A DNA stretch of 64,000 nt from Mantamonas sphyraenae STR306. Its lineage: Eukaryota; Protista; CRuMs. Made by a program: the position numbers and the translations under genes. Shown here in pieces: positions 8,693-22,200 of this stretch (position 1 is its first letter; every line of letters begins with the position of its first letter). The notes under the pieces are model-generated. The model was given only the letters and a program-made list of their open reading frames with translations. It was not told the DNA's origin and did not search any database. The stretch is from positions 1 to 64,000 of the forward strand of contig JAPMXV010000011.1 of NCBI GenBank assembly GCA_026936335.1. The letters run 5' to 3'.

Positions 8693-11600
8693 TCACCCCG
8701 TCTTCTTCAACCTGCTCAACATGCTCATCGCCTCATTCATATCCACCTGCGGCGGTGCACTCTGCTGCCCAGCCGCCGGTGCTTTGCTCTTCTTGCGCCT
8801 GTTCCCTCGGAACGAATTGCCCGCTGACAACCCGGCCAGCAGCTCGTCCATCACGCCCTTCTGTGCGTCTTCGTTCCCGCCATTTCCACTCGGCAGCGCT
8901 CCAAACATCGGCATGCCCATTGGCTTCTTCTTTGCGCTCCCGCTTCCGCTCTCCGAGCTGCTCGAGCTGCTGCTCGACGCCTCTGCCGCTGCCGCCCGCT
9001 TTGCATCCTTCTCCGCCTTTTCCTTGATCTTCTTCAGCTCATCCTGGGCGTTGGTCCACTTCTTCATAAATGCCGCAATGCCCGCGAAAAACTCTTCCGG
9101 CACCGTCTTCTTCGGGTCTTCTCCGTAAAATTTCGCCAGTGCCTTAAAGTCCTCGTCCGCCTTGCCGATCTTCTCGCTCATTTCCTCCACCTTGTCCGCC
9201 GCACGGTCCCTAAACATGGACATCTTCATAAAGAACAAGTCGTCTTCGTCCACGGGCTCCTCGCACAGCGGCAGCTCCTTCTCGAGCACCTTGAGCGCCT
9301 TTTTGATCTGCGCCGCGTCTGCCTGCATGCTCTGCAGCACGCACCGTGTCGCTGCCTCCACCTCTGCCAGTTCCTCGGTGAAGCCCAGCAGGTCCGGATA
9401 CGACTTTTCGCACACCTGCACAATGTAGTGCAGCAGCGTCGTCTGGTTGTCCTTGCCCTTTGTGTCCGTCAGCTTTGCCAGCGAGTTGAGCTTGAAACCG
9501 TACGCGCCACCACGCGACCCTCCGCCGTTCAGCGTGTTGCCCATCGCCAGCACCAGCTCCAGCACCTTGAAGAACTTTTTCGACTCGCGCATCTGTTTGC
9601 ACGCCCCCAGAATCGTCTCGATTTCCGGCATCAGGTCTCCCATCTGCTCGTCGAACCGGTGGTAGAACATCATACAGTCCAACTTGACGCCCAGCCGCGG
9701 CACCTTGATCATTTCCAGCATGTACTTTTCCGGATTGTCCAGCATCTTGACGTCCCCGTCGTACTCCTCCAGCATCATCGTCTCCTCCTCCGTCGGCACG
9801 TACATCTTCATCGCCTTGACCTTGTCCTGCGGCAACATCTCCTCGTCCACCATCAGCACTGCCTTGCGCACTTCGGCGTATGTGCACCGGAACCGCGACA
9901 GCATAATCGAGCAGTTGTACCCTCGCTTCGAATCCAGCAACTGCACAATTGTCTTTTTCGCCTTTTCCTCCTTCTCCTTGCCCGCGTCGCTTTCCTCCTT
10001 CTTTGGCGCCTGCTTCTTCGCAAACATGTCTGTCAGGTCCTCCAGGTCCAGTTTGATCTTCTCGTCGTTCGCCTTTTCCCACACCGTCCCGTCGATCTTC
10101 ATATCCGGGATCTTGTTCCAGAACAGATTCTTCACCGGCTGTGGCGGCTTTACGCTCTTCTTCTTCGGCCGTCCCATCTGCACGGGCGCACCCATCCCCG
10201 GCGGCGGCGGCGGACCGGGCGGCCCCTTCTTTCCTCCCGGTGGCGGCGGCGGCGGCGGCGGGCCACCCGTCCTTGCTCCTCCAGGTGGAGGTGGCGGCGG
10301 AGGCGGCGCTGCAGTCGAAGACCCTCCTGGCGGAGGAGGCGGCGGCGGCGGCGCGGCCGTCGTCTTTGCCCCTCCTGGAGGCGGCGGCGCAGGCGGCGCT
10401 GCAGCTGTCACACGCGTTGTGTTTCCGTTGCTCATTCCAGGGGGAGGCGGCGGTGCAGGAGGCGGCGGTGCCCCAGTTGCTACGGCTGCCTTTGGCGCGC
10501 TTGCCACTGCCTTCAGCTCTGCCTTGAGCTTTTCGATCTCCGCCTTGAGCTTCTCGTTCTCCTCCACCATGGCCGCGTCCTTCACCTCCTTCACCACCTC
10601 CACCGTCTTTCCCTTTTCGCCCTCTCCCTCCGCCGCCGCCACCTCCTCTGCTCCCTCCGAACTTCCACTTCCACTTCCACTTCCATCCTCCCCCTCCCCC
10701 TCCCCGTCCCCGTCCCCTCCCCTGCCACCACCACCTTCTCCACAATCTTCTCCACCACCTTCACCTCCTGCTTCTCCATGTCCGCCTTCAGCTGGTCCCG
10801 TTCGCTCTCCAACGCTGCCACCTTGGCCTGCAGCTCCCCTTGCTTCCCCTCATACTCTGCCTTCAGCGCATCCACCTCTTCTGCACTGATTCCTGCGCTC
10901 GCTGCACTTGCACTCGCCTCACTCGCCTCACTCGCCTCCTTTGCGGCTTGCTTCGCCTCCTTCACCTGTTCCTCCGCCTCGGCCAGGCTCTTGGCCAACG
11001 CCTTGTTCTCCGCCTTGAACTTGCCCAGCGCCTTGCTGATCTCCACCAGCTTCATCTGCAGCGGCTTCTCTTCCAGCGACCCGTCCGTGTCGATCACTTT
11101 GCTCACAGCCACCACCGTCTCCTCCACCTTTTTGCTCCGCTTTTCCATGTCCGCCAGCGCCTGCTTGAGACCTTCCACCTCGTCCGCCAGCGTGTCTCGC
11201 TCACCCTTCATCTGTGTCAGGTGCTCCGTCACACGCGCCACGCTGTTTTCGTTGCTGCGAAAGTCCAGCAGTTCCCGACGTTCCTGCAGGATCGAGTCCA
11301 GGTCCGTCACAGCCTTGCTCACAAAGCTCTCCACCTCTTGCCACGTGATTTCCATCGCGTCTTCGCTCATGGTCGGAATGCGACCCAGCGACGCCACCAC
11401 CGACGCAAATTGGCCCTGGTACGGCGACTCTTGCATCGCTCGGATCAGTTCCTGAAGAACCTCGATCAGGTCCTTCGCCTCTCCTTCCTCCATCCCATCC
11501 ATCGACAGCGTCGCTCCGGCCTCCTTCAGCTCCTCCTGATCGGCTTCCATCTCCTCCTGGTACACGTCGATCTGCTTGTCCAGGCTTGCGTGGTCTCCGC

Positions 11601-12838
11601 GCAGCTCTTCCACAAGTCCCTGCATGCCCAGCTCGTCCAGTTCCAGTCGCCTCTTCATGCGCTCTTCCAGCTCTTCGACCAAGTTCACCAGGCAGTTGAC
11701 AAACTGGAACACCGTCGCCTTCACCTCGGGCGTCAGCTCCGTGCTCTTCAGCATGCCCACAATCGTCTCGTATCGCGTATTTTCGCGCTTGACCAGCTTA
11801 AAGTGGTTCACTGCCTCGTTCACCAGATTAAAACCTTCGTCTTGCACATAGCACAGCACAGTCAGCAGCTCCAGCACATTCTTTTGCACCTCCGCCGACG
11901 GCGAATCCTAAAAACACCACACACACAACTCCGTGCGTCAGCTCTCCTTTCCAATCCATCCCTTCCCGCTCCCCCCAAACCCAATCCCTCTCCACCCTCT
12001 CCACGCTCCACCTCCCCAAATCAACATACCAAACACATGCAGATTCCCTTGACCGAGTTGGGAGTGTTGTACACCTTTTCCAGGCCGGCCGTCGTGTTCA
12101 TGATGATCTTCAGACAGCTAATCACCTCCAGCTGCAACTGTGCCTCGTGGTCCGATTTCCTGTGTGCGTGTGTGTCCTCTCCATGTCAGCTCGCCCTGCC
12201 CTGGCCCTAAAAACCCCGCCCGGTCCGTTTCCCCTCTTGCGCAAACCCACTTGCTCTTCATATCCAGGTTCGACAGCAGGTCCATCAGCACCTGCACTCC
12301 CTTCAAGTCCATGAACTTTTGCATCCACGAGATGTTCTCGCTTTTCAGCGACACACGCAGGCCCTGCAGCTTCTGCAGCGTCGGATTCTCCTTCAGCTTC
12401 ACAACCACGAATTGCGGCGTCGTTTTGATGTCCCCGGCCTTGGCCTTCTGCGCTTCCTTCTCACGACACAACAGCTCCCACTTCTTCATGCTGTCCATCA
12501 TGTGCATCCTCCCGCGCGCCTCTTCAGGCAATCCTAGGTTGTCCTGTTCCGTGCGTGCGCACAAACGCCCCGCGGGTCAGATGAAGGCCCACTCTCCACA
12601 CTGCCATTTCCGGACCCTCCCGCCGCCCGCTTCCCGAACCTCGGCCCCTTCTGCCCTCTCCACCCATCTGCCCTGTTCGCCCACTCCACCCAACCCAACG
12701 TCCGCCTCTCCAACTCACCAGATACTCGTCAAACTGCTCCTTCAGCTCCGCGTCGCTCGGAAGGGGAGGCAGCTGTGGCTCCTCCTCCTTCTTCTCCGTC
12801 TTTTTGGCCTTCTTCTTGCCGAAGCCCAAGAAAGACAT
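8693..12838 (-). CDS. Diaphanous-related formin (GBD/FH3, coiled coil, FH1 polyproline, FH2)
   Basis: Exons 12838-12719, 12543-12251, 12159-12030, 11907-8693. Polyproline tracts; FH2 motifs NLFWNKI and GNTLNGGGSRGGAYGFKL. One missing G in a G-run at ~10715. Confidence 0.95.
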
Positions 12839-12991
12839 GTCTGCCCGTCCTGTTGTCCATCCACGCACGCGCCACATACACGCACACCCCATCCCGTGTC
12901 AGTCCTCTCTCCTCTCATCCTCTCCCGTCCTCACCGCCTCCACCAACGCACGAGTTTGTCGTTGCTGCGCCCCCGCGCCGCCAAGCCCCCC

Positions 12992-15357
12992 ATGTCCAAA
13001 ACCTCCTATTCGGCGGGTGACTACCCCATGACCGAGGACCTCCTTGTCGACACCATGGAGGCTGACAATCTCGAGGAGATGGAAGAGATCGAGATCCTCT
13101 TTGATGTCGTCACAGAGCTTGGCGGCTTTGAACGCTGCTCCAGTCTCCGAGTCCTCACCAGTACGTCCATCCACCCACCTGTGTTCACCCACGCATGCTA
13201 CCCTTCCTCCCCTTCCCCCCCTCCCGCTAACACACCTTCCCCTCCCAGTGATTCGAAACGACCTCCAGCACATCTCCAACCTCGAACCACTCCAGACCAC
13301 GCTGCAACGCCTCACCCTCACCTTTCAAGACATCACCACCATCGATGGCCTCGACTCTCTCATCAACCTCCGCGAGCTCTACCTCAACAACAACCGCATC
13401 ACCGATATCTCGGGCCTCGAAGGGTAGGTGCCCGTTTCCCCATCCCACAACACCTTTCCCCCCCACCCCGCCCTCCTCTCTCGTCACCCCCCTCTCCCCC
13501 TGTCCCCCCCCCCCCCCCCCCTCCCCTCCCTCCCTCTCACACACCCTCCTTCCCCGTATCCACCCTCCTTCTCCCCTCTCCCTCGCCTCCCACATCATTC
13601 CCGCCAAAAACGCCCACCAACATCCCAACCCCGCCGCCCGTTTCCTGTCCCACAGCTGCACAAATTTGCAAAAGCTGTGGTTGCACAACAACCGAATCCG
13701 CGCCATCACCGGCCTCGACTCTCTCAACGACCTGCGTGAACTGTGGCTCCAGTCCAACGAGATCCGCGCCATCGAAGGCCTGGACACGCTCACCAACCTT
13801 CAGGTGCTCGCCCTCTCCGACAATCCTCTCTCTGACTTTTCCCAGCTCGCCGCCCTCGTCGACCTGCCCGCTCTGTACAATGTCTCCTTCCGCGAAGCCC
13901 ACTTTGAGCCCTGCCCAATGACCAACGTCGACGGCTACCGCGACTTTGTTGTCTTCCACCTCAAGCAGGTGCGCGTGCTCGACGGCGAGAACCTCGACGA
14001 CGGCGATCGCGACACTGTCCACGACATGTACCTCAAGTCTGTCCTCGACTTCAACGAGAAGCTCGAGGGCCTCAAGCGCGAAAACTTTGACCAGATGCAG
14101 ATCATTGAGCAGCGTCGCCAGGGAAACGAGCGGGCCGCACTGCGCACGAAAAAGTCCCTCAGCGACTCCTTCCTCAGTCTCGAGTCCAGTGTCATGGGCG
14201 GCCGACACAAGATCCTCGAGGAGCACGAGCGCCAACGCAGCATCCGTACAGACAACAACGCACGCCTGCAAAAGAATCTCAGCGCCCTCAAACGCGAGTA
14301 CGTCAAAGAGGTGGAACGGCTCATCCGCCAGGAGAAGGAAGAGGCCGATGCCGTGGAGAAGCAGCATCGTGCTTTGCGCGACAAGATCGAAGTCGACATT
14401 GAAGAGAGCGTCTATATGCTCAGCATGCAGGAGAGCGAACAGACAGAGGTCATCTGCGAAGAGATGCGCGAAAAGGCACCTGAACACAGGTTTGTGCGCA
14501 TGCACTTTGACGAGACCGCACACGCCACGCCGCAGCAACAACAGGCCGCAGCCGGCACCCAAACCAAACTCGCCCGAGTGTACAAAATCCACGCCCCAGG
14601 GCGCCAGGCCGTGTTTGAACAGGCGTTGCAGGATGCCCAACTGCAAGGCGAGGCAGAAGCAGAGGTGGAGCGTGTGTACTACTGGGAGGACAGGGACACC
14701 GTGCGCGAGATTGTCGAACGCGGCTTTGGCAACATCTTTGGCACGCAGGACGGCTCGGGCATCAAGCGGCCCATTGTCCTTCACCGCACCTGGGCCCAGG
14801 CCGTGGCTGGCGTGCAGAGTGACGATGCCATCAATGTCGTCCTCCTCATGTGCCGTCTTGTACGCGGCAAGTGTCTCCACGAAGAGAACGCCATGCTGCA
14901 CGACGGTGTCGACGCCTACGCCGACTTTGCTGCACGTGGCATCGACTCTGTTGAACTGGGCGACTCGTCCGGCGTCCTCCTCGCCCTCCAGCCAGATCTC
15001 CTCCTCCCGGACTACTACATGCGTCTGCAGGTCCGTGGCAGCTCGGCAGACCTTTCTACCGCCGAGTTTGTTGAAACCGAAATGGCTTTTAACGACTTTG
15101 TGCAGGAGCTGCTGCTGAAGGAGACGTGTGCCGCACGCGAGTACGAACAGTTGCGCACCCTCGAAGCCCAGGTCCAGTCCGAGTTTCAACAGCACCACCA
15201 ACGCCTCTGGTCCCATCTCGATCCCACCACAGCGACCCTTGTCGCCGAACGTGACCAAGAGATTGCCATGATGAAAAACTCCCTCGCCAATCTCCGCAAA
15301 CAGATCAACGCCGAGCGCGAGATCCAAGAGTCCCTCGTGCGTGAGCTCAACCGGTGA
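12992..15357 (+). CDS. SDS22-type leucine-rich-repeat protein with coiled coil and possible degenerate ADP-ribosyltransferase-like domain (LRRC9-like)
   Basis: Introns 13161-13248 and 13424-13655. LxxLxLxxNxI repeats (NLRELYLNNNRI, NLQKLWLHNNRI) and LRR cap YRDFVVFHLKQVRVLDG. Confidence 0.8.
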
Positions 15358-15416
15358 CGACCTGGTCCAACTGCATCCAATGCAATGCAATGCAATCCAT
15401 CCATTGTTCTTTCTCC

Positions 15417-16243
15417 TCATCCCTGCTGCTGCTGCTGCTGCTCCACACCACCGGCGCCGTCCACCTCTGCAAGCTCCGCATCCAGCATCCGCTGCTGTGT
15501 CTCGTTGCGCAGACCAAACCGTCCCAGTCGCTTCTCTCCCTCCTCCTGCGGAATCTCTGCCACTTTGATTGTCAGGTTGCTGTACCGCCGGTGCTTCACT
15601 CCTGTGCGTCCACGTCCGTGGTAGTTCTGCCTCTTCAACGTGATCCCCTTGGTCACATACGCCTCCGCTGCACATGCGTTCCATTGTGCGTCCCACATGA
15701 GCCCACCGTACGTGTGAGTATCCTCCACATGCCTCCCCCTCCATGAACCCGGTCCCCAGGAGAATACTCACCGACCAGCAACCGGTCCGCATCCATCTCA
15801 TAGTTGTTGACAGCGTTGCTGATGGCCCCTTCCAGTGTCTCCAGCACACTTGTGCGTGCATGCCGTCTGGGTGAGAACGTCAGCTGTGCCAGGGCCTCCT
15901 GCAACCCGTTTTCCGGGTGTCAGCATGCGCGCTCTTTCCCTCCTTGGCCCCTCCTCCTTCCCGCACAGCCCTCCTGCTTCCACACACTCACGTTTGCATT
16001 CAGGCCACGGATCATCTGTGCAATCTCGTTCATCTTTTTCGGGCTGTGATGCACATTGCGGGCCCTGGCGCTTGCCACCGGCGCGTCCTCTGGCACCTTC
16101 ACCTTTCCCCCGTTCTTGCTCCTGCCTTGCACCACGGCAGACATGCACACTGCGCGTGTGCACACCCCATCCACCATGGCTGCCACGCCGGCACTCTGCA
16201 CCCCTCTGTACACCAGCCCTCCCTGATTGACCCGGCTGAACAT
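15417..16243 (-). CDS. MRPL22: Mitochondrial ribosomal protein uL22
   Basis: Introns 15899-15991 and 15668-15771. SPKKMNEIAQMIRG, AISNAVNN, HGRGRTGVKHRRYSNLTIKV; N-terminal presequence-like extension. Confidence 0.88.
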
Positions 16244-16299
16244 CGCTTTTCTCTGCCTCCCCTCGCGCCAACCAATCCTCCTCCTCCTCGCATCACACG

Positions 16300-17678
16300 A
16301 TGTCGGAACAGTCCACCAAAGTCAACATCTTTTCCGACGGAACATCCGCCTCGTATGGAGGCACCGCTGTCCAGGGCCAGCAGGCGCCGTACGGTGGCGG
16401 CGTCACCACAGCCCCTCCGCCAAACTACGCCCCCACCGTAGACTCGCTGCAGTCGCAGCAACAGCGACAACAGTACGCCTACAACGCCTACAACGCCAAC
16501 AACCCACAGGGCAACCATGGAGGCTACCCGGGCAACCAGGGGCAAGACACCGTGGTGATTTCCTCCGACCGCATCTACCAGGTCCAGCAGCAGCGTATGC
16601 ACAACACAAACCTCATCAATGCCAACGATGGAGACCAATATGCACTGCGTTGTTTCCAGTTCTGCTGCATCTGCTTCCTGGTCACCATCATTGTCGTGTG
16701 TATCGCCATGTCCAATTTTCTGCCCCTGCTCCTCTGGTTCATGGGCCTCCTCCCCGGCGCCGTCCTCCTCCTCCGCTACTACCGCCCCTACCGTCACCTG
16801 GTCGACACAAACACCGCTGCCCTCATGGCCCTCATGGGCATGCTGAGCATCATTCCGGCCGTTCTGGTCGAACTCGGCCTTGGCTACGTCTTTGCCTTTG
16901 CCGACCACATGGTCATCCTCAACGCATTCTTTCAGGCCTTTCTCGTTGCTTCCTTGGTGGAGGAATCCACAAAGTGAGTGCTGCCCACGCCTTGGCCAGT
17001 CCACTCGCCACTGTCCACGCATTCCGCCGTGTGAAAAAATCCCAAAGGCCCCAAACTCACTTCTCTCCCCTTGTTCCCCCCCCCCCACACAGGTACATCA
17101 CCATCTTCTTCACCAAACGCGACTACCGCAACCAGCACCAGTACTCGGGCCTTGTCTACGGCCTCTGCATGTCCATGGGCTTTGCCACGGTGGAGAATCT
17201 CGGCTACGTTGCCCAGGGCAGGGGTCTGGTCGGCGTCATCATGACCGGTGTCATGCGTGCCGTCGCTGCCGTTCCCATGCATTGCCTCACTGGCATGTAC
17301 ATGGGCACCCTCATTGCTGACCGCAACCCGGCCGACACCGGCTCCCGTCACCCGTTCTGGAAGATCTTCCTTCCCCCGTTCCTCCTCCACGGCATCTACG
17401 ATTTCACTCTGTTTGCCACGGCCGGCAGTGGCGACGTTGGCCTTTCCTTTGGCATGCTCGCCGTCAATCTCGTCCTCGTCATCATCGGCTTTGTCGTCTT
17501 TGAACAAAAGATCAAGCCGCAAACCGACGAGTACGCAGGCACCGGCACCTATGTCCAGTTTGACCCCCAGCAGCAGCAGCAGCAACAGCAGCAACAGCAA
17601 GTGGTCCATCCAGCCCAACCTGTCCATGCGGCCCACCCTGTCCACCAGCAACAATACGCGGGACCGCAAAACGTGTGA
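16300..17678 (+). CDS. PrsW-family intramembrane glutamic protease
   Basis: Intron 16974-17092 gives VEESTKY (EExxK), GFATVEN, AVPMH and LLHGIYDF motifs, with multiple TM helices. Confidence 0.85.
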
Positions 17679-17691
17679 TTGTGGCTGCCCT

Positions 17692-18776
17692 TCATTTCGG
17701 AAGAAAACTGATGTTGCCCATGCCTCGGAAGTTTGCTTTGAGCGAGGACGAGTTGGCCCACTGCTGGGACAGGTACGAGTCGTCGTTGTCTCCGTTCATA
17801 CGCTCCTCCTCCTGCTGCTTCTTGTGGTAGTACGCCATCATCTGCTTCTGCGTCTCTGGATCCACAGTGGGTTCGCGCACAGGAGCCCCCGACCCATGCC
17901 GAGCCAGCTTCACAATCACTTTGCTCTTCTCATACTTGCCCACAAAGTCCCTCAGCACAAAGTCCTCGTCCCGCAGCAACTCCTTGCTCCCAAACCACAC
18001 CGCGTCCTTGTCCGCGTCAAACACCTCCTTTGCATGGGCAGACCCTTCCAACACCTCTGTTCCCTCCATAATCATTGCCACAGGGTCCCATTCTGGGAAT
18101 GGCTGGTCGTTGGCCGCAATCAGCAGCGCCCCACGCAACTCCGCAAACGCCCCTTCCACCTGCTCCATGCTGCACGTCTTGCGCCTCTCTGCCTGTTCCT
18201 TGTCCAACAGCGACCTTGCGTCTGCCACTGCCTTTTCAATCGTCCCCTGAGCCTCTTCCGTCGGTGCTGCATGGCCACCGGAGCCACACGACCGTTGGCG
18301 TCAGTTTCTTTTCTGATCACCCCCGCTCACCGTTCCCACACAGCACACACCAACCCGCCCCCCCTCCTCCCCCCTCCCCTCCAACCCACCCTCCCTCCAC
18401 CCCGCCTCTCAAGCGACCACCCTTCCCCGGGCTCTCTCCAAAACCTACGCTTGTTTGTACGCCTGTGTGTCGGATCACCTTCCGCCTCGCCATTCCCGTC
18501 CTCCTCACTGCTGCTGCTTGCACTGCTGCTGCTGCTGCTGCTGCTCTCGCCATCCACATTCAACTTGGCCAGTTCTGTGGACAGCCCCTGCTCGTCCACA
18601 GGCTTTGCAAAGCCGTACTTGGCATAGTCCAGCGCCGCGTCGCACAAGCGCGCCAATCGCTCCCGCGCGTTGTTCAGCTCAATCACCACACGCACCGCCT
18701 CATCCGTGGGCGTATCCAGCGTCGACTCCACAATAAACTGCCGTTTCTCGTCTCGCTTCACATGCAAGAGCACCAT
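17692..18776 (-). CDS. CFAP298: Cilia- and flagella-associated protein 298 (C21orf59/Kurly)
   Basis: MVLLHVKR start; intron 18267-18448; WFGSKEL, EKSKVIVKL, GAPVREP, QKQMMAYYHKKQ, DDSYL..WA motifs. Confidence 0.93.
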
Positions 18777-19189
18777 CTGAACTACAAACTACGGAAATTG
18801 GAAATGGATTCTTCTGCACCTGGAAGCGCGACTTTGATTGTTCCGCACCACCACCACCGCACGCACCTCCCACAGACACACGCTGCCGGGTTGTGCCGAC
18901 GAGGCGGGGACAAGGCGTGTTCCAGAAGGGCAGACCAAGCGGACAGGACAACGAGCCCGTAGAGGGACAAACAATCGGACGGCACAGGCAAGCGCCACCA
19001 CAACGTAAAGCAGCCACTTGCCCCTCTGACGGCCGTCACGACCATTCCATCAATCCCCTCACAGACTCCATCCCGTCCATCTGACCCCTCTCATGCACGT
19101 CGGACCTCCTCCCACAACTCCTCGCCGCCCCGGCTGCGTGCTCGCTTGCGCGACGCAGGCAATGCACACAGGCGGCAATGCGCAACAGC

Positions 19190-19228
19190 CGCTGCTGTTG
19201 CTGTTGCTGCTGCTGCTGCTGCTGCTGC
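19190..19228. repeat. (GCT/GTT)n microsatellite directly after the EF-2 stop
   Basis: Trinucleotide run visible at 19190-19228. Confidence 0.85.
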
Positions 19229-19230
19229 AT

Positions 19231-22200
19231 TTAGAGCTTGTCCAGGTACTTGTCCAGCGAGGGCACGGCGTCGGACAGACCCTTGCGCTTGCGCGTGATC
19301 TGCACAAAGTCCTGGGCCTTGCTGCCCGACTCCAGCGGATCGCCGCTCACCTCCTGCCAGTGGTCAAACACGCACTGCGGGAAAGCCTGGCCCGAGGTGT
19401 TGGAACGCAGGTCGGCGGTGAAGCCGAACGACTCCATGACCGGCAGGTAAGCCTTGACGTTGTACAGAGGCGTACCCGGGCGCTGCTCCTCGCTGAACAC
19501 GTGGCCACGGCGACGGTTGAGCACCGAGTAGATGCCACCCATGGCGCTCTCCGGGCACTGGATTTCACACAGGAACACGGGCTCCAGCAGCTTGGGCTCG
19601 GCGGTCAGGGCCGAGGCGTAGATCACACGGCGGGCCGTGGGGATGATCTGTCCACCACCACGGTGGATGGCATCCGAATGCAGAGTCACATCCAGGATGG
19701 CGTAGCGGCAGCCGCGCATGTTCTCCTCGCACAGCACACCCTCCTTGGAGGCCCACTGGAAGGCAGCCACCACAGAGTCCTTGATCTCGTTCAGGTACTG
19801 CACACCCTTGGAGGCATCCACCACCATGTTGGGGCCAGTGCCCTCCGGGCCGAAGCACCAGATCTTGCGACCGAGGTCGGCGTCCCACTCAAACTTCTCG
19901 CGCAGGTAGCGGGCGCGCACCTTGGGGTCGTCGCGCATCGTCACCTTGCCGTCCTCCATCTCCTCGGGCAGACCTTCCTCCAGCGGGAAAGCCTCCATAA
20001 AGATACGGTTGTGCTTGTTGGGCGACTTGGACAGGCAGGTCACCGACGACTGGGCGCTCACCGTCTCGCGGAACGACACCACGGGGTCGCTGGTCTTGAT
20101 GCCAGCGCCACCCATGAACTCCTCCTCGAGATCCTTGAGGCACACCTCAAGATGCAGCTCACCGGCACCGGCGACAATGTGCTCGCCAGACTCCTCGATG
20201 TAGCACTGCACACAGGGGTCGCTCTTGCTCAGGCGCTTCAGACCCTCGACCAGCTTGGGCAGGTCCGACGGGTGCTTGGGCTCCACGGCCACACGCACGA
20301 CAGGCGACACCGAGAACTTCATGACCTTGATGTTGTGGGCCTCCTCGTTGGTGGTGATGGTACCGCTCTTGAGCAGGTACTGGTCAATGCCGACCAGGGC
20401 AATGATGTTACCGCAGGGGCAGTCCTCAATGGGCTCCGTGTAGCGGCCCATCATCAGCACCGTGCGCTGGATGTTCTTCACAAACAGATCATCCTTCTTG
20501 CCCGGCACGTAGTTGGGGCCCATGATGCGCACCTTCTGGCCAGTCTTGACAATGCCAGAGAACACACGGCCAAACGCGTAGAAGCGGCCCTTGTCCGACG
20601 TGGGCACCATCTTGGACACGTACAGCATCAGCGGTCCCTCCGGGTCGCAGTTCTTGATGGCAGTGCCACACTCGTCGTCGATGGGTCCCTCGTACAGGGT
20701 CTCGGCACGGTAGCCCTGAGCCTTGCGCGGCGAGGGCAGATGCAGCACAAGCATCTCCAGCAGAGCATCGGCGGCCGGCAGCCACTTCTGCATCACGCAC
20801 TTCATCAGGGGCTTGCCCACGAGGTCCTTCTCGTCACCCTTGAGCTTGATGCCCAGCGACTGCATCATCTTCTCGTACATCTCGACCTTGCCGTTCATGA
20901 TGCTGTCAAACATCTTGTTGATCGGGTCCATGATGAACTGGACAAACGCACGCGGCAGCAGGTTGCCCTTGGAGTCCACGTCCTTGTGAGTCCACTTCTT
21001 CTTCTTCGGGTCAAAGTAGTTGTCTCCCCAAAGGCGCTCCATCAGCTTGGGCTGTCGACACACCAAACTTCTTGGCGTACATCTGGGCAAAGCGGGTCAG
21101 CGTGAAAGCCCAGCCGTGCAGACCGGAGCCAAAGGCCACGGTACCCTTCTCGGGGTACACCTGCACGTCACCGAGTGCCTCCTCCTCGTAGGTGGCCATG
21201 ATCACGTTGGCGTTCTCAATCACACGCTGGAAGGTCTGGTACGACTCCTCGCCGTCCAGAGACAGCTCGAGGATGATGCGGTCCATCTTGTTGACCATCA
21301 GCACGGGCTTGATACGCTCGCCCAGGGCCTGGCGCAGCACAGTCTCCGTCTGCACGCACACGCCCTCAATGCAGTCCACGACCACAAGGGCACCGTCCGT
21401 CACACGCAGCGCCGAAGTCACCTCCGACGAAAAGTCAACGTGGCCCGGCGAGTCGATCAGGTTGATCAAGAACTCGTTGCGCTCAATCTCCGGGTGGTCC
21501 TCAAGGATCTCGTCCGGCAGAGAGTAGTACAGCGACACACCAGTCGACTTGATGGTAATGCAGCGGTCCTGCTCGTCCTGGCGCGTGTCCATGAAGCGCG
21601 TGTCACCGGCCTTGGCGGTAGCAATGATACCGGCGCGGGAGATCAGCGAGTCGGTCAGAGTCGACTTGCCGTGATCCACATGCGCAATGACGGACTGTGG
21701 TGTCCCAGTGCCAGCCACACACAAGCAAACGCGTACGCATGGTGGTTGATCACATCATGCACGCGACACACATGCCATCATCATCGTCATGAAGCGTTTT
21801 TGTTTTTGCAACGAGAAACGACGCCGTGTCAGTGCTTGCGATTTTCCGCTGGACTTTTTTTTTTTTCGCTCGGCTCCTTTGGCCCGTCGACGCGCTGCAT
21901 GCAACGGATTGCACGCAGCCAAGGGCACAACACACGCACACAGCCACGCAGGCCACACGCAAATGCATCATGGCCTCACACAATGTGTACTTGGCAGCCA
22001 TGCGCACTTGTTGTGCCCTGCCTGGTGTTCGTGCGTGTGATACGCCGTCGACGGAAGCGGAAAAAAAGGGGGCCACCAAGGCCGGCTGGCGAGGAAAATC
22101 TCGCCTCGGTCCCTTCTGGCCGGCCCCCCGCACGCATACACACACGTCATGCCTTGGCACACATGCATATCGGCTCATGTTTGCCACCTACCATGTTGCG

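Noticed and set aside
18780-19190. Hidden gene or ncRNA in the longest internal intergenic gap
   Set aside because: Only short ORFs without motifs, and no tRNA or snRNA features recognised.
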